This document shows positions 44,401 through 57,808 of a stretch of DNA of 64,000 nucleotides, one piece after another. A model generated the notes under the pieces. It worked only from the letters and a program-made list of their open reading frames with translations. It was not told the DNA's origin and ran no database searches. How positions within the stretch are numbered: the stretch's first letter is position 1; the number at the start of each line of letters is the position of its first letter. Source of the stretch: Squalus acanthias (taxonomy: Eukaryota). The stretch is from assembly GCA_030390025.1 (NCBI GenBank), contig JASTWF010000080.1, positions 1 to 64,000 on the forward strand, written 5' to 3'. Position numbers and translations under genes: made by a program.

Positions 44401-47400
44401 TTGAATGGTGGAACAGACTCAAGGGGCCGAATGTCCTACTCCTGTTCCTATGATCCATACATGCTCACAGAGACACACGCACACATCCAGTGCAGTTCCT
44501 TACCCCACCGATAGACCTCTGCCTCTGCCAGGCTGCTGTGTTCAATTTGACAGGAGTATTGATCCTCATCCCCAGCATTCACTTCAATCTCGTTCTTGAT
44601 CTGATGGGTCCCATTGTGGTTCGGTCGAACCCCCGAGGAGTGGCTCTCAGACATTGGCTCTCCATTCCTTAGCCAGGTCACCTCGATGTCTACAGGGTAA
44701 AATCCAGTAACCAGGCAGGAGAGAGTGGGCGGTTTGTCCTGACTATTGGGGTCACTTCTGGAGATGAACACTTCGGGCTGAACTGAAAGGGGAAAGGGAG
44801 AAAACACAAACAGTAGACTGACACCGAATGGAATGGGAGAACGGTTTCATAGATCTGTGAAGTTAGATCAGAACATGGGATAAAAACTGAAATCAATACC
44901 TTTCCTTTCAAAATATTCCTTTCCAGCTCGCAAATATAATGTTAAATCATTAACAAATCCTTGTTCTAGATGTGCTTTCCAATACTTGTTCCAGGATTCA
45001 TCCGAATTCCATTTCTCCATTGTCTTCACTGAATTGTGATTGGTTGCGACCCATCTCATTCTGTCTGGCTCTAAACTAAGATAGTCCTTTCCGTCATATC
45101 CAACACGCATCGATCTCTTAATGGAGCCGTCGTCAGTTATTTCAACAATTGAAATCCATTGAAAAATGTGAAGTCCTGTCAATGACCAAACAGGGATCAA
45201 TAATCAATAGTTAATGGAAAATCACAAATCAGTCTGATCAGAGGGGAAAGGGACTGTAGAATCAGGGGGAAATGGGGGGATAGAGTCACAGTCGGATCAG
45301 AGGGGAAAGGGGCTGTAGAATCAGGGGGAAATGGGGGGTTAGAGTCACAGTCTGATCAGAGGGGAAAGGGACTGTAGAATCAGATAGAAATGGAGGGTTA
45401 AAGTCACAGACTGATCAGAGAGGAAAGGGGCTGTAGAATCGGTAGAAATATCAGAAGGGTTCCCAGTGGAAGCTGATTATTGGACTTTTTTAAGTGAATT
45501 CAGAGACCAGCCTGAACCTTCCTATTAATGGGCAGAAGTTTAACGGAATGATTAATGGGAAATTGGGCAGAGATCCATTATGTTACCCAACCAAGAGGGT
45601 TAAATCCCACTAGTGTAAGCAAAGGAGTAAATTCCCAGCACGGTAACAACATGAGTTAATTCCCAACACACTAACGGAAGGGGTTACTTCACAGAATGGA
45701 GTGTCCCAGGGGTCAGTGCTGGGAGATGGACTGAGTGGAGTGTCCCAGGGATCAGTGCTGAGAGATGGGCAGAGTGCAGTGTCCCAGGGATCAGTGCTGG
45801 GAGATGGACTGAGTGGAGTGTCCCAGGGATCAGTGCTGGGAGATGGACTGAGTGGAGAGTCCCAGGGATCAGTGCTGGGAGATGGACTGAGTGGAGTGTC
45901 CCAGGGATCAGTGCTGGGAGATGGACTGAGTGGAGTGTCCCAGGGATCAGTGCTGGGAGATGGACTGAGTGGAGTGTCCCAGGGGTCAGTGCTGGGAGAT
46001 GGACTGCGTGGAGTGTCCCAGGGGTCAGTGCTGGGAGATGGACTGCGTGGAGTGTCCCAGGGGTCAGTGCTGGGAGATGGGCTGAGTGGAGTTTCTCAGG
46101 GATCAATGCTGGGAGATGGACTGAGTGATGTGTTCCAGGGATCAGTGCTGGGAGATGGACTGTGTGATGTGTCCCAGGGATCAGTGCTGGGAGATGGGCT
46201 GAGTGGAGTGTCCCAGGGGTCAGTGCTGGGAGATGGACTGAGTGGAGTGTCCCAGGGGTTAGTGCTGGGAGATGGACTGAGTGGAGTGTCCCAGGGATCA
46301 GTGCTGGGAGATGGGCTGAGTGGAGTGGCCCAGGGATCAGTGCTGGGGGCAGAGTGCAGTGTCCCAGGGATCAGTGCTGGGAGATGGACTGAGTGGAGTG
46401 TCCCAGGGATCAGTGCTAGGGGCTGAGTGGAGTGTCCCAGGGGTCAGTGCTGGGGGCTGAGTGGAGTGTCCCAGGGATCAGTGCTGGGAGATGGGCTGAG
46501 TGGAGTGTCCCAGGGATCAGTGCTGGGAGATGGGCTGAGTGGAGTGTCCCAGGGATCAGTGCTGGGAGATGGGCTGAGTGATGTGTCCCAGGGATCAGTG
46601 CTGGGAGATGGGCTGAGTGGAGTGTCCCAGGGATCAGTGCTGGGAGATGGGCTGAGTGGAGTGTCCCAGGGATCAGTGCTGGGAGATGGGCTGAGTGGAG
46701 TGTCCCAGGGATTAGTGCTGGGAGAAGGACTGACTGGAGTGTCCCAGGGATCAGTGCTGGAAGATGGGCTGAGTGGAGTGTCCCAGGGATCAGTGCTGGA
46801 AGATGGGCTGAGTGGAGTGTCCCAGGGGTCAGTGCTGGGAGATGGACTGAGTGGAGTGTCCCAGGGATCAGTGCTGGGAGATGGGCTGAGTGGAGTGTCC
46901 CAGGGATCAGTGCTGGGAGATGGACTGAGTGGAGTGTCCCAGGGATCAGTGCTGGGAGATGGGCTGAGTGGAGTGTCCCAGGGATCAGTGCTTGGGGATG
47001 GGCTGAGGGGAGTGTCCCAGGGATCAGTGCTGGGAGATGGGCTGAGTGGAGTGTCCCAGGGATCAGTGCTGGGAGATGGACTGAGTGGAGTGTCCCAGGG
47101 GTCAGTGCTGGGAGATGGGCTGAGTGGAGTGTCCCAGGGGTCAGTGCTGGGAGATGGACTGAGTGGAGTGTCCCAGGGGTCAGTGCTGGGAGATGGACTG
47201 AGTGGAGTGTCCCAGGGGTCAGTGCTGGGAGATGGGCTGAGTGGAGTGTCCCAGGGATCAGTGCTCGGAGATGGGCTGAGTGGAGCGCTAGACATTGACC
47301 AGTACACATGCTTAAAAGGTCATTGCTTCAGCAGGAACATCGACGCCTCCTCCCAACACGCATGCTCATTAGTGTTACGATCTGTTGAATGCTCTCCGCA

Positions 47401-50400
47401 CATTCTCCATCAAGGAGTGAGTGCCTCTGTCCCTTACAGTCTTCACTGCCTTAACTCTCTGAGGTATTTATCACAGAGAGTCCCATTCTCCTTTCACACT
47501 GCCTCCTGGATTGGCATTGCCCATTCTGCTCTACTGGAGAAGACCGATCTCACCCCCAGATATATGAATATACACCGAGACACAAAAAGAAGCCAGTAAT
47601 TGCCCAACAAGCTTCCCTTTCCTGGATGATCTCAACCATCTCACCATATTCTCAACTTGCTCTATCGCAAACCTCTCCTGATCTTCGTCAATGTGGACAG
47701 TACTTTGTAAATATCTCGATCAGAATAGGGAGAAGGAACAGAATAACCGTCTGTGTGTCCCTGATTCATGGTGGCCATACACTATACAGTCCAGTGTTAG
47801 AATGCAGTATAACTATGGCTGGGTACCTGTCCGGCACCCATTAAACAGGGCAGGCAGTGGGAGATTCTGCTGATCTTACCGGATGTCTGGTTTGTCCCCT
47901 TCATTATCGTATTCAGATTCTCCTTTGCCTTGCCTGACCGTGTGTTCCCGAGATCTGTGAGATATTCCCAGTATTCCACATCGAAAGCGTCTGCCATGAA
48001 CTGCTGCCTGGGGATCATCCGACGGATATCAGTGTCATGATAATTAAGTTGAACTCCCTTCACCATCGCAACATTAGTAACCTCGGGAAAGTCACTAATG
48101 CCAGAGATTGCTGTGTACATCACAGTAAGTGAGTTAGTGTCTGTAAAATAAACAATTAAAGGGACAGGTTAATAAACATTTACAAACACGATTCAAAGTG
48201 AAGCCCATTCACACAATGACAATCTCCAATAGTCCACCACTTTATCGCAACGTCTGATATTATAAACATAATACAATTAAACTGGGTCAGAATAAGATGG
48301 CTGCAGCCCCTCCAAACAGGGAGTAAACGCGGAATCAGAGTTACTGAGACGCCCGATGGAGTCCATGGGAATACGTGAGAGAGTCTGGGACACATTCAAT
48401 GGGTTGGGGTGTTAAAGAGAAGCGGGGAGAAATTCAGTATTGCCCCATTTGGGGCGCAATTATCGGCCGGGCGCAAAGATTAGCGCCTGGCGCTAATTAT
48501 CACCACCGACTGCAAACTTGACTTTTATCGCCCCTGGAGGTGATTGCTGCGCTAAATCAGGCGCTTCACACCTGTCTTAAGGCTCAAAGGCCGAGGAGCG
48601 AGGCGCTACCTCAGAGCGCTGGCGAAGCTCATGTAATGTCAGTCAGCAATGGAACACACACACAATGGCGCGGGCCAGTTCTTAAAGGGGATGGTTAATC
48701 TTGCTTTCCATCCACATCCTGCTCATTGCAGCCTTGAATCTTGGCCTGGAGAGACCTGCACATCAAATCTGCTGGAACGAACAATGGAGAGTACCAGGCA
48801 AAGAGCTCAGATTGCAGCCCCCACAGTCTCTTCTAAATCAATACAAGGAATGGCAAATCAAAATGAACCTGCAAAGTGCTGCTCAGTACCCAAAACTCCT
48901 TCACACAGCGTTGAATCTCTACAGAAGTCTCTCTCTCTCTCTCTCAAAATGCGTAGTTCAAAAATGGCACCAACAATAAAAGGCAGGAAGCGGTCACCTT
49001 TAAATAGCGCTCCCCCTTTCCCTTCATGACTGCAGAACGCTCTCCTCAACCTGTTGTTGCTAGCGCCAGGCGGTAAGGCAGGGGGCGCCACTCAATATCC
49101 GCTCCGGGGCGATACCGGGGCGTTGCGCACTCGACTGACGTCACGATCTGTCGGCGCAGGAGATTGTGGCGGTAGTGTTTAGCGCCGCCGCAAAATGTCT
49201 AGTTAATTTCGCGAGCGGCGCAAACTTCGCCGCGCCTAGGCGCTAGATGCTTTGCGCCCCATTAGCGCCCTCTTAAGGTGCTAACGGGAGGCGCAACCAA
49301 CTGAATTTTTCCCCCAAGATCTCTAACCAAGGAACAGTAACCTGGGACACACCTGTTCTATCTCTAAACTGGAACAGTAACCTGGGACACACTCGGTCTT
49401 TCTCTAACCAGGAACAGTAACCAGAGACACACCTGGTCTATCTCTAACCAATGAACAGTAACCTGGGACACACCTGGTCTATCTCTAACCTGGAACAGTA
49501 ACCTGGGACACACCCGGTCGATCTCTAAACTGGAACAGTAACCTGGGACACACTCGGTCTTTCTCTAACCAGGAACAGTAACCAGAGACACACCTGGTCT
49601 ATCTCTAACCAAGGAACAGTAACCTGGGACACACCCGGTCTATCTCTAACCTGGAACATTAACCTGGTACACACCCGGTCTATCTCTAACCTGGAACATT
49701 GACCTGGGATAAATCCAACTCTATCTGAAACTCAACCAGGGGACATCTGGAGAGAGATATTGAGGAGACTCTCCTGACCAGGGAACATCTGGAGAGAGAT
49801 GTTGAGGAGACCCTTCTGACCAGGGAACATCTGGAGAGAGGAATTGTGGATAACCCGTGGACAGGTCTGTTGTTTATCATCATAACCAGGAAACATGTGG
49901 GAATAAAAATTCGATTGCCCCTGAAAACGGGTGCGGGGATCGCAACGCGCAATCAACCCGCACCCGGTCAAAGTACTGCAGGAAGCACGCAAACTTCGTG
50001 CTGTCTGGTAAATATGATTGTAACGTGCAGCCAACGCTTAACATGCTGTTGAGAGGCTGCACACCTCAGCAAGGGGCCCAAGTTCGTGCGAGGCTAGCAC
50101 CACTTAAAGCTAGCCTGCACTACTTAAAGCCAGCCTGCACGTCTTAAAGGGGAGGTGCATTCTGGCTGCAGCAGGTACTGGAAGTCATTGTAGAGGTGTA
50201 TGAGACCTACAGGAAGAATGAAGATGGTGCAACATGGCAGAGAGGGCTCCCAGATTTTCTGATGCAGTACTCGAGGGCCTGGTGCAGCAGGTGGACAGGA
50301 GGTGAGATGTCCTGAATCCACAGGGGACCAGGAGGCCCTCCAGACAAACTGTGAGAAGGCAATGGGAGCAGATAGCCGTCGTGGTCAATGCCAGCAGGGC

Positions 50401-51902
50401 AAGAAGTTTAATGACCTCACGCCAGTGGTCACGGTCAGTGAATTCATCTTCAAATGCCACATCCTTACAACTGAACCACTGCTCAATTCATCACCCGCCC
50501 CTCCTTCACTCTCACCTACCAACAAACTCCATCAATCACGATTCATACCTCACATTCATAGCACCACCTCACCCTCACAAACTTAGCACTGCTGAAGCCT
50601 CACACCCACAGCTCACACCTTGCACACACTGCCAGCTATTCAACCATGACAGCCACATCACCCAAACACATTGCACCACACCCACTGACACACTTCCCTC
50701 TCTCTTGCAGGACAAGGTGGATACAAACTACTGCACCCATGTCTGGGAGCAACTAATCTAAGCAGAAGCCTTGAAGTAAGCTGCCACACCACTCCCTGGA
50801 GACTTCAGCAACTTCAAATAAGATAACAAGCCACCAAACACTTCTACAAACTCACCAAGAGCCAGTAGAAATCAATCAGCACCTAACCTGAAAGCAGTTG
50901 ATGGTCCCTTTAAATAGCGCTGGTGGGCGGTCCGCCCAGCATGTTCAGCTGTGTGTCTTTAAGAGAGGGCGTCAGCTGGAGTGTGGAGCTCAAAAATGGC
51001 AGCGCTGGTGTCAAATCACCATTACACACTGACTGACGTCACGATCTGCCTACCCTGCAAACTTCCGGCGCACACTCCCAGCGCCCGCGCTAACAAACTA
51101 CCCAAAATGGTGTCCGCGCGGCCCACACCAGAAGCGGGCGCGCGTGGCGCGGAATCCATTTTAGACACAAAACGCCACCCGTAGCACCAAAAAACCGAGC
51201 GCTACCGAGTCGAATTTCGCGGCCGTGCTGTGAGAGAATTCAGAAATGAACAGAAGGGAAACAGTGATATTTGGGAAGATGAAGTGCGTTGCCATGGGGT
51301 GCGGTCACTCTAGGAACAGTCTGACTGTCGACCAGGGGTGATGGACAATCAGGGGCAGCAGCTCCACTGTGCTTCACAGATCCTATAATGACCACTTTAC
51401 ACATGGGCAGTAGGGGCCCAAAGGATGTTGGTGGTGGATTGTCTGAGATAACCTGGCCTATTCAACCACGAGGGCATCACAGCTGAGCCTGGCGTGGGTT
51501 AAACATGGATTATCCTCCCCGCACAGTTCAGAACACTTTAGTCCAGGAGAGGTGAAGCTGTTTCCCGTCTCCCAAACAATGTGAACATTAAAATTGCCCA
51601 TTTCAACCATTTTCCACTTGCTACAAGCCTCCCTGCTCTCCGTATTCCTGCGTGTTGCTGTCAGGAGGCCTGCGCACAACTCCCACCGCAGGCTGACGGC
51701 CTGTGCTGGCTCCAATGGTGTGAAATATCAGGCAGGATGTAGAACCGGCGGCCGATCAAACATCACCCGTTTCAAACTCTCGCCAAAAGCTCAAAATCAC
51801 CCACACACAGAGAGAGAGAGAGAGAATGGAGGGATGAGTTCTGTACTTACCGGGAGAGACCCAGGAAAAACACAGGGATATGGAGAAAAGAATCAGCAAC
51901 AT
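41383..51902 (-). CDS. Non-classical MHC class I heavy chain, copy 2 (exons 51902-51851, 48140-47880, 45175-44900, 44782-44504, 42445-42332, probable 41414-41383)
   Basis: All exons open, GT-AG phase 1, same sizes as copy 1; candidate cytoplasmic exon supplies a stop codon. Confidence 0.9.
41565..41925. repeat. 15-bp tandem repeat GAGGGCGAGGGACTG
   Basis: About 24 copies; copy 2 only. Confidence 0.9.
42332..42445 (-). CDS. MHC I copy 2 transmembrane exon
   Basis: EIPENSGARSYPGIIIGSVAALVIIGIIGIFIWIKQRR; 114 nt. Confidence 0.9.
43020..44451 (+). mobile_element. Degenerate CR1 in the alpha3-TM intron, with an opposite-strand CR1 segment at about 43406-43920
   Basis: Colinear with 19975-21247 except for the replaced middle segment. 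Confidence 0.85.
44504..44782 (-). CDS. MHC I copy 2 alpha3 exon
   Basis: VQPEVFISRSDPNSQDKPPTLSCLVTGFYP...YSCQIEHSSL; 279 nt. Confidence 0.93.
44900..45175 (-). CDS. MHC I copy 2 alpha2 exon (no cysteine)
   Basis: GLHIFQWISIVEI...GYDGKDYLSL...HLEQGFVNDLTLYLRAGKEYFERK; 276 nt. Confidence 0.92.
45697..47285. repeat. 39-bp minisatellite, about 40 copies
   Basis: Expanded counterpart of 22641-22877. Confidence 0.95.
47880..48140 (-). CDS. MHC I copy 2 alpha1 exon
   Basis: DTNSLTVMYTAISGISDFPE...EYWEYLTDLGNTRSGKAKENLNTIMKGTNQTS; 261 nt. Confidence 0.92.
48423..49315. mobile_element. Harbinger-derived non-autonomous DNA transposon (paralogue of 26125-27010)
   Basis: Same TIRs and same intron position. 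Confidence 0.8.
49320..49840. repeat. 40-bp and 42-bp minisatellites, short versions
   Basis: Same units as 27015-29260. Confidence 0.9.
49899..51224 (+). mobile_element. Harbinger-derived element with Myb-like remnant (paralogue of 29314-30599)
   Basis: Colinear sequence. Confidence 0.65.
51851..51902 (-). CDS. MHC I copy 2 leader exon
   Basis: MLLILFSISLCFSWVSP, G|gtaagt. Confidence 0.85.
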
Positions 51903-52051
51903 TCTGGGAATCCACTGCCCCTTTTCCAAATGGTGACTGGGAATAAAATACTCCCAGTGAGACACATCTACTGTTTATAGACTGAAAAATACCCCAAATA
52001 AACATCAAGTCAATCCAGGCTCCACTTTCCTGTTTATCTCGAGGGTGACTG

Positions 52052-52163
52052 ATTGGGTATTTTTCTTAGAGTAACCAATTAGAGGAATTAACAGTCGCCT
52101 GTCACCAGTTACTGGGAGGATCAAACTCAGGCAGATTGAGAGTCAGCCTGTGAATCAGAAACT
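52052..52163 (-). promoter_or_regulatory. MHC I promoter, copy 2 (degenerate ISRE, altered S box, X-Y, CCAAT)
   Basis: Same module; S box reads CAATCT instead of CAACCT. Confidence 0.72.
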
Positions 52164-52394
52164 AGAGAGAGACTGAACCAGCCTGGGACACCAGCTCCAG
52201 TGTAAAGGGAGGAGACACTGAGATCCCGGGCTCCCCCCTCACAGTGAACACACTGACACCGGTCCCCCTCCCCCGGAAACCTTAAAACTGGCTCTGCTCC
52301 AGACTGGAGTAACACCACAACATCTTACAGTTATCGACCACATTTAATAGAGTGAACATCACACGGGACATCACAGAGCATCTCACCGAGCGGG

Positions 52395-53810
52395 AGAGAG
52401 TGAGGGGAGGAGACAAACTAACAGAGAGTGAGGGGAGGGGGTCAAACTAACAGAGTGAGGGGAGGGGGTCAAACTAACAGAGAGTGAGGGGAGGGGGTCA
52501 GACTAACAGAGAGTGAGGGGAGGGGGTCAAACTAACAGAGAGTGAGGGGAGGGGGTCAGACTAACAGAGAGTGAGGGGAGGGGGTCAAACTAACAGAGAG
52601 TGAGGGGAGGGGGTCAAACTAACAGAGAGTGAGGGGAGGGGTCAAACTAACGGAGAGTGAGGGGAGGGGGTCAAACTAACAGGGAGTGAGGGGAGGGGGT
52701 CAAACTAACGGAGTGAGGGGAGGGGATCAAACTAACAGGGAGTGAGGGGAGGGGTCAAACTAACAGAGAGTGAGGGGAGGGGGTCAAACTAACAGGGAGT
52801 GAGGGGAGGGGGTAAAACTAACGGAGTGAGGGGAGGGGATCAAACTAACGGAGTGAGGGGAGGGAGTCAAACTAACAGGGAGTGAGGGGAGGGGGTCAAA
52901 CTAACAGGGAGAGAGGGGGGGGTCAAACTAACAGAGAGTGAGGGGAGGGGGTCAAACTAACAGAGAGTGAGGGGAGGGGTCAAACTAACAGAGAGTGAGG
53001 GGAGGGGGTCAAACTAAGAGGGAGTGAGGGGAGGGGGTCAAACTAAGAGGGAGTGAGGGGAGGGGGTCAAACTAACGGAGAGTGAGGGGAGGGGTCAAAC
53101 TAACAGAGAGTGAGGGGAGGGGGTCAAACTAAGAGGGAGTGAGGGGAGGGGGTCAAACTAACAGAGAGTGAGGGGAGGGGTCAAACTAACGGAGTGAGGG
53201 GAGGGGGTCAAACTAACAGGGAGTGAGGGGAGGGGGTCAAACTAACAGAGAGTGAGGGGAGGGGGTCAAACTAACAGAGAGTGAGGGGAGGGGTCAAACT
53301 AACAGAGAGTGAGGGGAGGGGATCAAACTAACAGGGAGTGAGGGGAGGGGGGCAAACTAACAGGGAGTGACGGGAGGGGTCAAACTAACAGAGAGTGAGG
53401 GGAGGGGTCAAACTAACAGGGAGTGAGGGGAGGGGATCAAACTAACAGGGAGTGAGGGGAGGGGGGCAAACTAACAGGGAGTGATGGGAGGGGTCAAACT
53501 AAGAGAGAGTGAGGGGAGTGGGTCAAACTAACAGGGAGTGAGGGGAGGGGTCATACTAACAGAGAGTGAGGGGAGGGGTCAAACTAACGGAGAGTGAGGG
53601 GAGGGGTCAAACTAACAGAGAGTGAGGGGAGGGGATCAAACTAACGGAGAGTGAGGGGAGTGGGTCAAACTAACGGAGAGGGAGGGGAGGGGGTCAAACT
53701 AACAGGGAGTGAGCGGAGGGGGTCAAACTAACAGAGAGTGAGGGGAGGGGATCAAACTAACAGAGAGTGAGGGGAGGGGGTCAAACTAACAGGGAGTGAG
53801 GGGAGGGGGT
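52395..53810. repeat. 29-bp G-rich minisatellite, unit C
   Basis: Direct tandem repeat, about 1.4 kb. Confidence 0.95.
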
Positions 53811-56207
53811 TGTAAGATTTCAATTGATCTCAGAGTTCTTGGAGAAGACACCAACAGGCAGCAGCCAGTAAGTTTGAGCAATAGATCAGATTTATTAAGC
53901 TTACAGCGTAATCAATACTTAACAACAGGCGATAGTTTTAACGAGTCTCTGGAGCCTCTCGGACACAGATGACGTCGTCTTAAGTTTGTTCCTTTGTTCT
54001 CGCAGTAAGTCTGTGTAAAGTTGTTCTTTGAGTGTCGAGGTTTTAACCCTTTTCTCATCAAAAGTTCGCTCAGCCAGTGTCCATAGTCTTTAACAAATCA
54101 TCTTCTTTAATTGGTTCCAATGGTAAAAATACCATTTTCACTCAGACTAAGGGTAGCTTCTTGCCTTTCCAGTATTTATCCTACAACTTTACCCTGTTCA
54201 TCGTTATCTTGTTTATAGTTCTTCACCCCATTGGAATTCATCTTATCTCTCTTATTCTAGGTTCCCTGGTACAAGCAGTGTTAAGGAAACTCTCATTAAG
54301 CTTAGCATTATAATATATTATTTACCAATTTAACCTTCACTCGCAGCCTGTGGCTGTTTGTTATCAGAGCTGAGTCAAAACTGCTTTTGACTGTCTCCGC
54401 GGCTATATTCGAACAGTCTTTAACATTTCCATACCCACAGGGAATTATGGGTAAGATTAGTTGGTCAATGGCTACCTTTGACTTTATACATATGAGATTT
54501 CTCTAAATACCAGTCTTTCGTACAGTCCCCACCTCGAGGATGAAATGTTTCAAACATTGATTCCTCGACTATTTCAATCTATTCTCTGACAAGAATTGTT
54601 GCAAATTGGAGTCCTCTAATTGAGGGGAACGGAGCGCTACTCAAAGGAGGTTTTATCCCCCTTGTCATTATAGGTCTGGGTTCTAACTATGACATTCCCA
54701 GGGGCCGACCCTTTACTATTGTCATGGCTGAGGGACACCCCGGGGTCTCCCTAACCATCATGTCGGCCGTGCTGATATTCCTTTCCTTCCAGTGCGTCCC
54801 AGTCTATCATTTCTCCTCCGCCCGCTGCTCCTACTGCTGAATCATACGATCTGGCAGTGGTGACCCTGATCTGACCCCGCCTGGGGTCTCCTCTACATTG
54901 CTTCGGATCTTCTCTTTCGGTGTGCTTAATTAATTTGTTGGTGCTGCTTAGTCATAGGCATGAGTACACAATTGGCTTATCCATCGAAGTCTTACTACAC
55001 GGGTTACATATATCAAATACACTATCATTACAAGTTGGACAACTAACTGAGCGTGTGAATTAATTCGAACCTAAGGGTGTGCTGATATATCAAGGCCAGT
55101 ATCCCACCAGTGTGAGTTTCCCCTTTGCTGTTAATTTCAATATCTATTCTCGAGTTGTCTTGCTCCAAAACATCAAAATGCTTCAGGGAGGAGTTCAGTC
55201 ACATCATGAGCTCACTGAAACCCTCAGACAACAGGGTACTGTAGTATCCGAATTGTGCCACATAATTGTGCCGCTCATACTTAAGTATCTCATTTACTGT
55301 CAGTTTCACTTGAGCATAGGATCTGATATCGAGTAAAACAAGTTGGTTGATGGGACAGGTGCTGTTCGACCCGTAGATCATGGTAGTTGCGGTAGTAGTG
55401 ACACAGGAGGCACCACCAAAATCACCTCATTCTGGATTCGTTCTGGTTTTTCCCACGAGCTGTTACCTACAAAACACAATTATTACAGTCACAGTTAAAT
55501 TCAGTCTTACAATCATTTCACGCGACAACTAATCAACAAATCAGATCTCTCTTTTACTCGTATCCATCTTGTGGATAATTCATGTTAAACATGATTTCTC
55601 CTCAGCCCTCAATTGTCCCAATCCAAATTTCATGTAACTCTCCACTTCAACTACGATTTCATTCCCTCTAACAGGTACCAGTGTGTTTAACTCTATTCTG
55701 ATTGTTTCATTAATTAGATAGTTTCTCGATGGAGTATGCGTCAATGCTTTAAAAGTTGTCTCACTCTCCTGAGCCACATTAACCATTTCATGTCGTGCTG
55801 TTGTCAAGTAACTGAGCATGTCTGAGACCCGTTCTTCAGTGCAGATTCACCATACATTTCCGGATGGTAATTGCTCCATACGCACAAATCACATTTGCAC
55901 ACTCGTACCGGTATCTCACTATCATGCCAAACGTGCCATCCGATACAAGCCATTCCCGGGCTTTCAGATGATCCTATCAAAAGATTGTAGTTGTCTGGAG
56001 ATCTTTGCTCATCTTGCTCTGCATGGTCCCGCTGTCTTGGGTAGTGGCCAGACTATCAATTCAGTTTTCTTAAAAAGTACATAGGCAAGGCACAAATGTC
56101 TCCAAGAGAAAGCTGTCAATTTACTATTTGTAACTACACTTTCCTGACTTTCACTAGAAAGTTAGGAAAATTCCCATTTGATGGTGTAATTCTCCTGTTT
56201 CTATCTT

Positions 56208-57808
56208 ACATAGAAACATAGAAACATAGAAAATAGGTGCAGGAGTAGACCATTCGGTCCTTCGAGCCTGCACCGCCATTCAATGCGTTCATGGCTGAAC
56301 ATGCTACCTCAGTACCCCATTCCTGCTTTCTCGCCATACCCCTTGATCCCCCTAGTTGTGAGTATTATATCTAACTCCCTTTTGAATATATTTAGCGAAC
56401 TGGCCTCAACAACCTTCTGTGGTAGAGAATTCCACAGATTCACCACTCTCTGGGTGAAGAAGTTCCTCCTCATCTCAGTCTTAAATGGCTTCCCCTTTAT
56501 CCTTAGACTGTGACCCCTGGTTTTAGTTCCCCCTAACATTGGAAACATTCTGCCCGCATCTAATTTGTCTAAACCAGTCAGGATTTTAAACGTCTCTATA
56601 AGATCCCCCCTCATTCTTCTGAACTCCAGAGGATACAAGTTCAGTTGATCCAGTCTTTCTTGCTATGTCAGTCTAGCCATCCCAGGAATCAATCTAGTGA
56701 ACCTTCGTTGCACTCCCTCAATAGCAAGAATGTCCTTCCTCAAGTTAGGAGACCAAAACTGCACACAATACTCCAGGTGTGGCCTCACCAAGGCCCTGTA
56801 CAACTGTAGCATCACCTCCCTACTCCTGTACTCAAATCCCCTTGCTATGAAGGCCATCATGCCATTTGCTTTCTTGACTGCCTGCTGCACTTGTCTTCCC
56901 ACCTTCAGTGACTGATGTACCATGACGCCCAGGTCTCGTTGCACCTCCCCTTTCCCTAATCTGCCACCATTCAGGTAATAATCTGCCTCCCTATTTTTAC
57001 CACCAAAGTGGATAACCTCACATTTATCCACATTGTACTTCATCTGCCATACATTTGCCCATTCACCCAACCTGTCCAAGTCACTCTGTAGCCTCCTAGC
57101 ATCCTCCTCATTGTTCACACTGCCTCCCAATTTAGTGTCATCCGCAAATTTGGAGATATTACAATTAATCCCTTCGTCCAAATCATTAATATATAATGTA
57201 AACAGCTGGGGCCCCAGCACCGAACCCTGCGGTACCCCGCTGGTCACTGCCTGCCATTCTGAAAAGTACCCATTTACTCCTACTCTTTGTTTCCTGTGTG
57301 CCAACCAGTTCTCAATCCACGTCAACACATTACCCCCAATCCCATGTGCTTTAACTTTGCACACCAATCTCTTTTGTGGGACCTTGTCGAAGGCCTTCTG
57401 AAAGTCCAAATACACCACATCTACTGGTTCCCCCCCGTCCACCCTATTGGAAACATCCTCAAAAAATTCCAGAAGATTTGTCAAGCATGATTTCCCTATC
57501 ACAAATCCATGCTGACTTGGACCTATCATGTCGCCACTTTCCAAATGGTCTGTTATGACATCTTTAATAATTGATTCCATCATTTTACACAACACCGATG
57601 TCAGGCTGACCGGTCTATAATTCCCTGCTTTCTCCCTCCCTCCTTTTTAAAAAAGAGGGGTTACATTAGCCACCCTCCACTCCATCGGAACTGATCCAGA
57701 GTCTAAGGAATGTTGGAAAATGATCGTCAATGCATCCACTATTTCCAAGGCCACCTCCTTAAGTACTCTGGGATGCAGACCATCAGGCCCTGGGGATTTA
57801 TCAGCCTT
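56208..57808 (-). mobile_element. CR1 LINE, duplicated copy of 36924-38516 with one premature stop at 56663
   Basis: Same insertion point and 5' truncation as in copy B. Confidence 0.93.

Noticed and set aside
45684-47599. ORFs of 240-390 aa (SQGSVLGDGLSGV / PSTDPWDTPLSPS repeats)
   Set aside because: Translations of the intronic 39-bp minisatellite
19285-51902. Calling the genes classical UAA or assigning a gene symbol
   Set aside because: Loss of Y7, R84, Y159, W167 and both alpha2 Cys argues against classical class I; lineage cannot be assigned without a phylogeny
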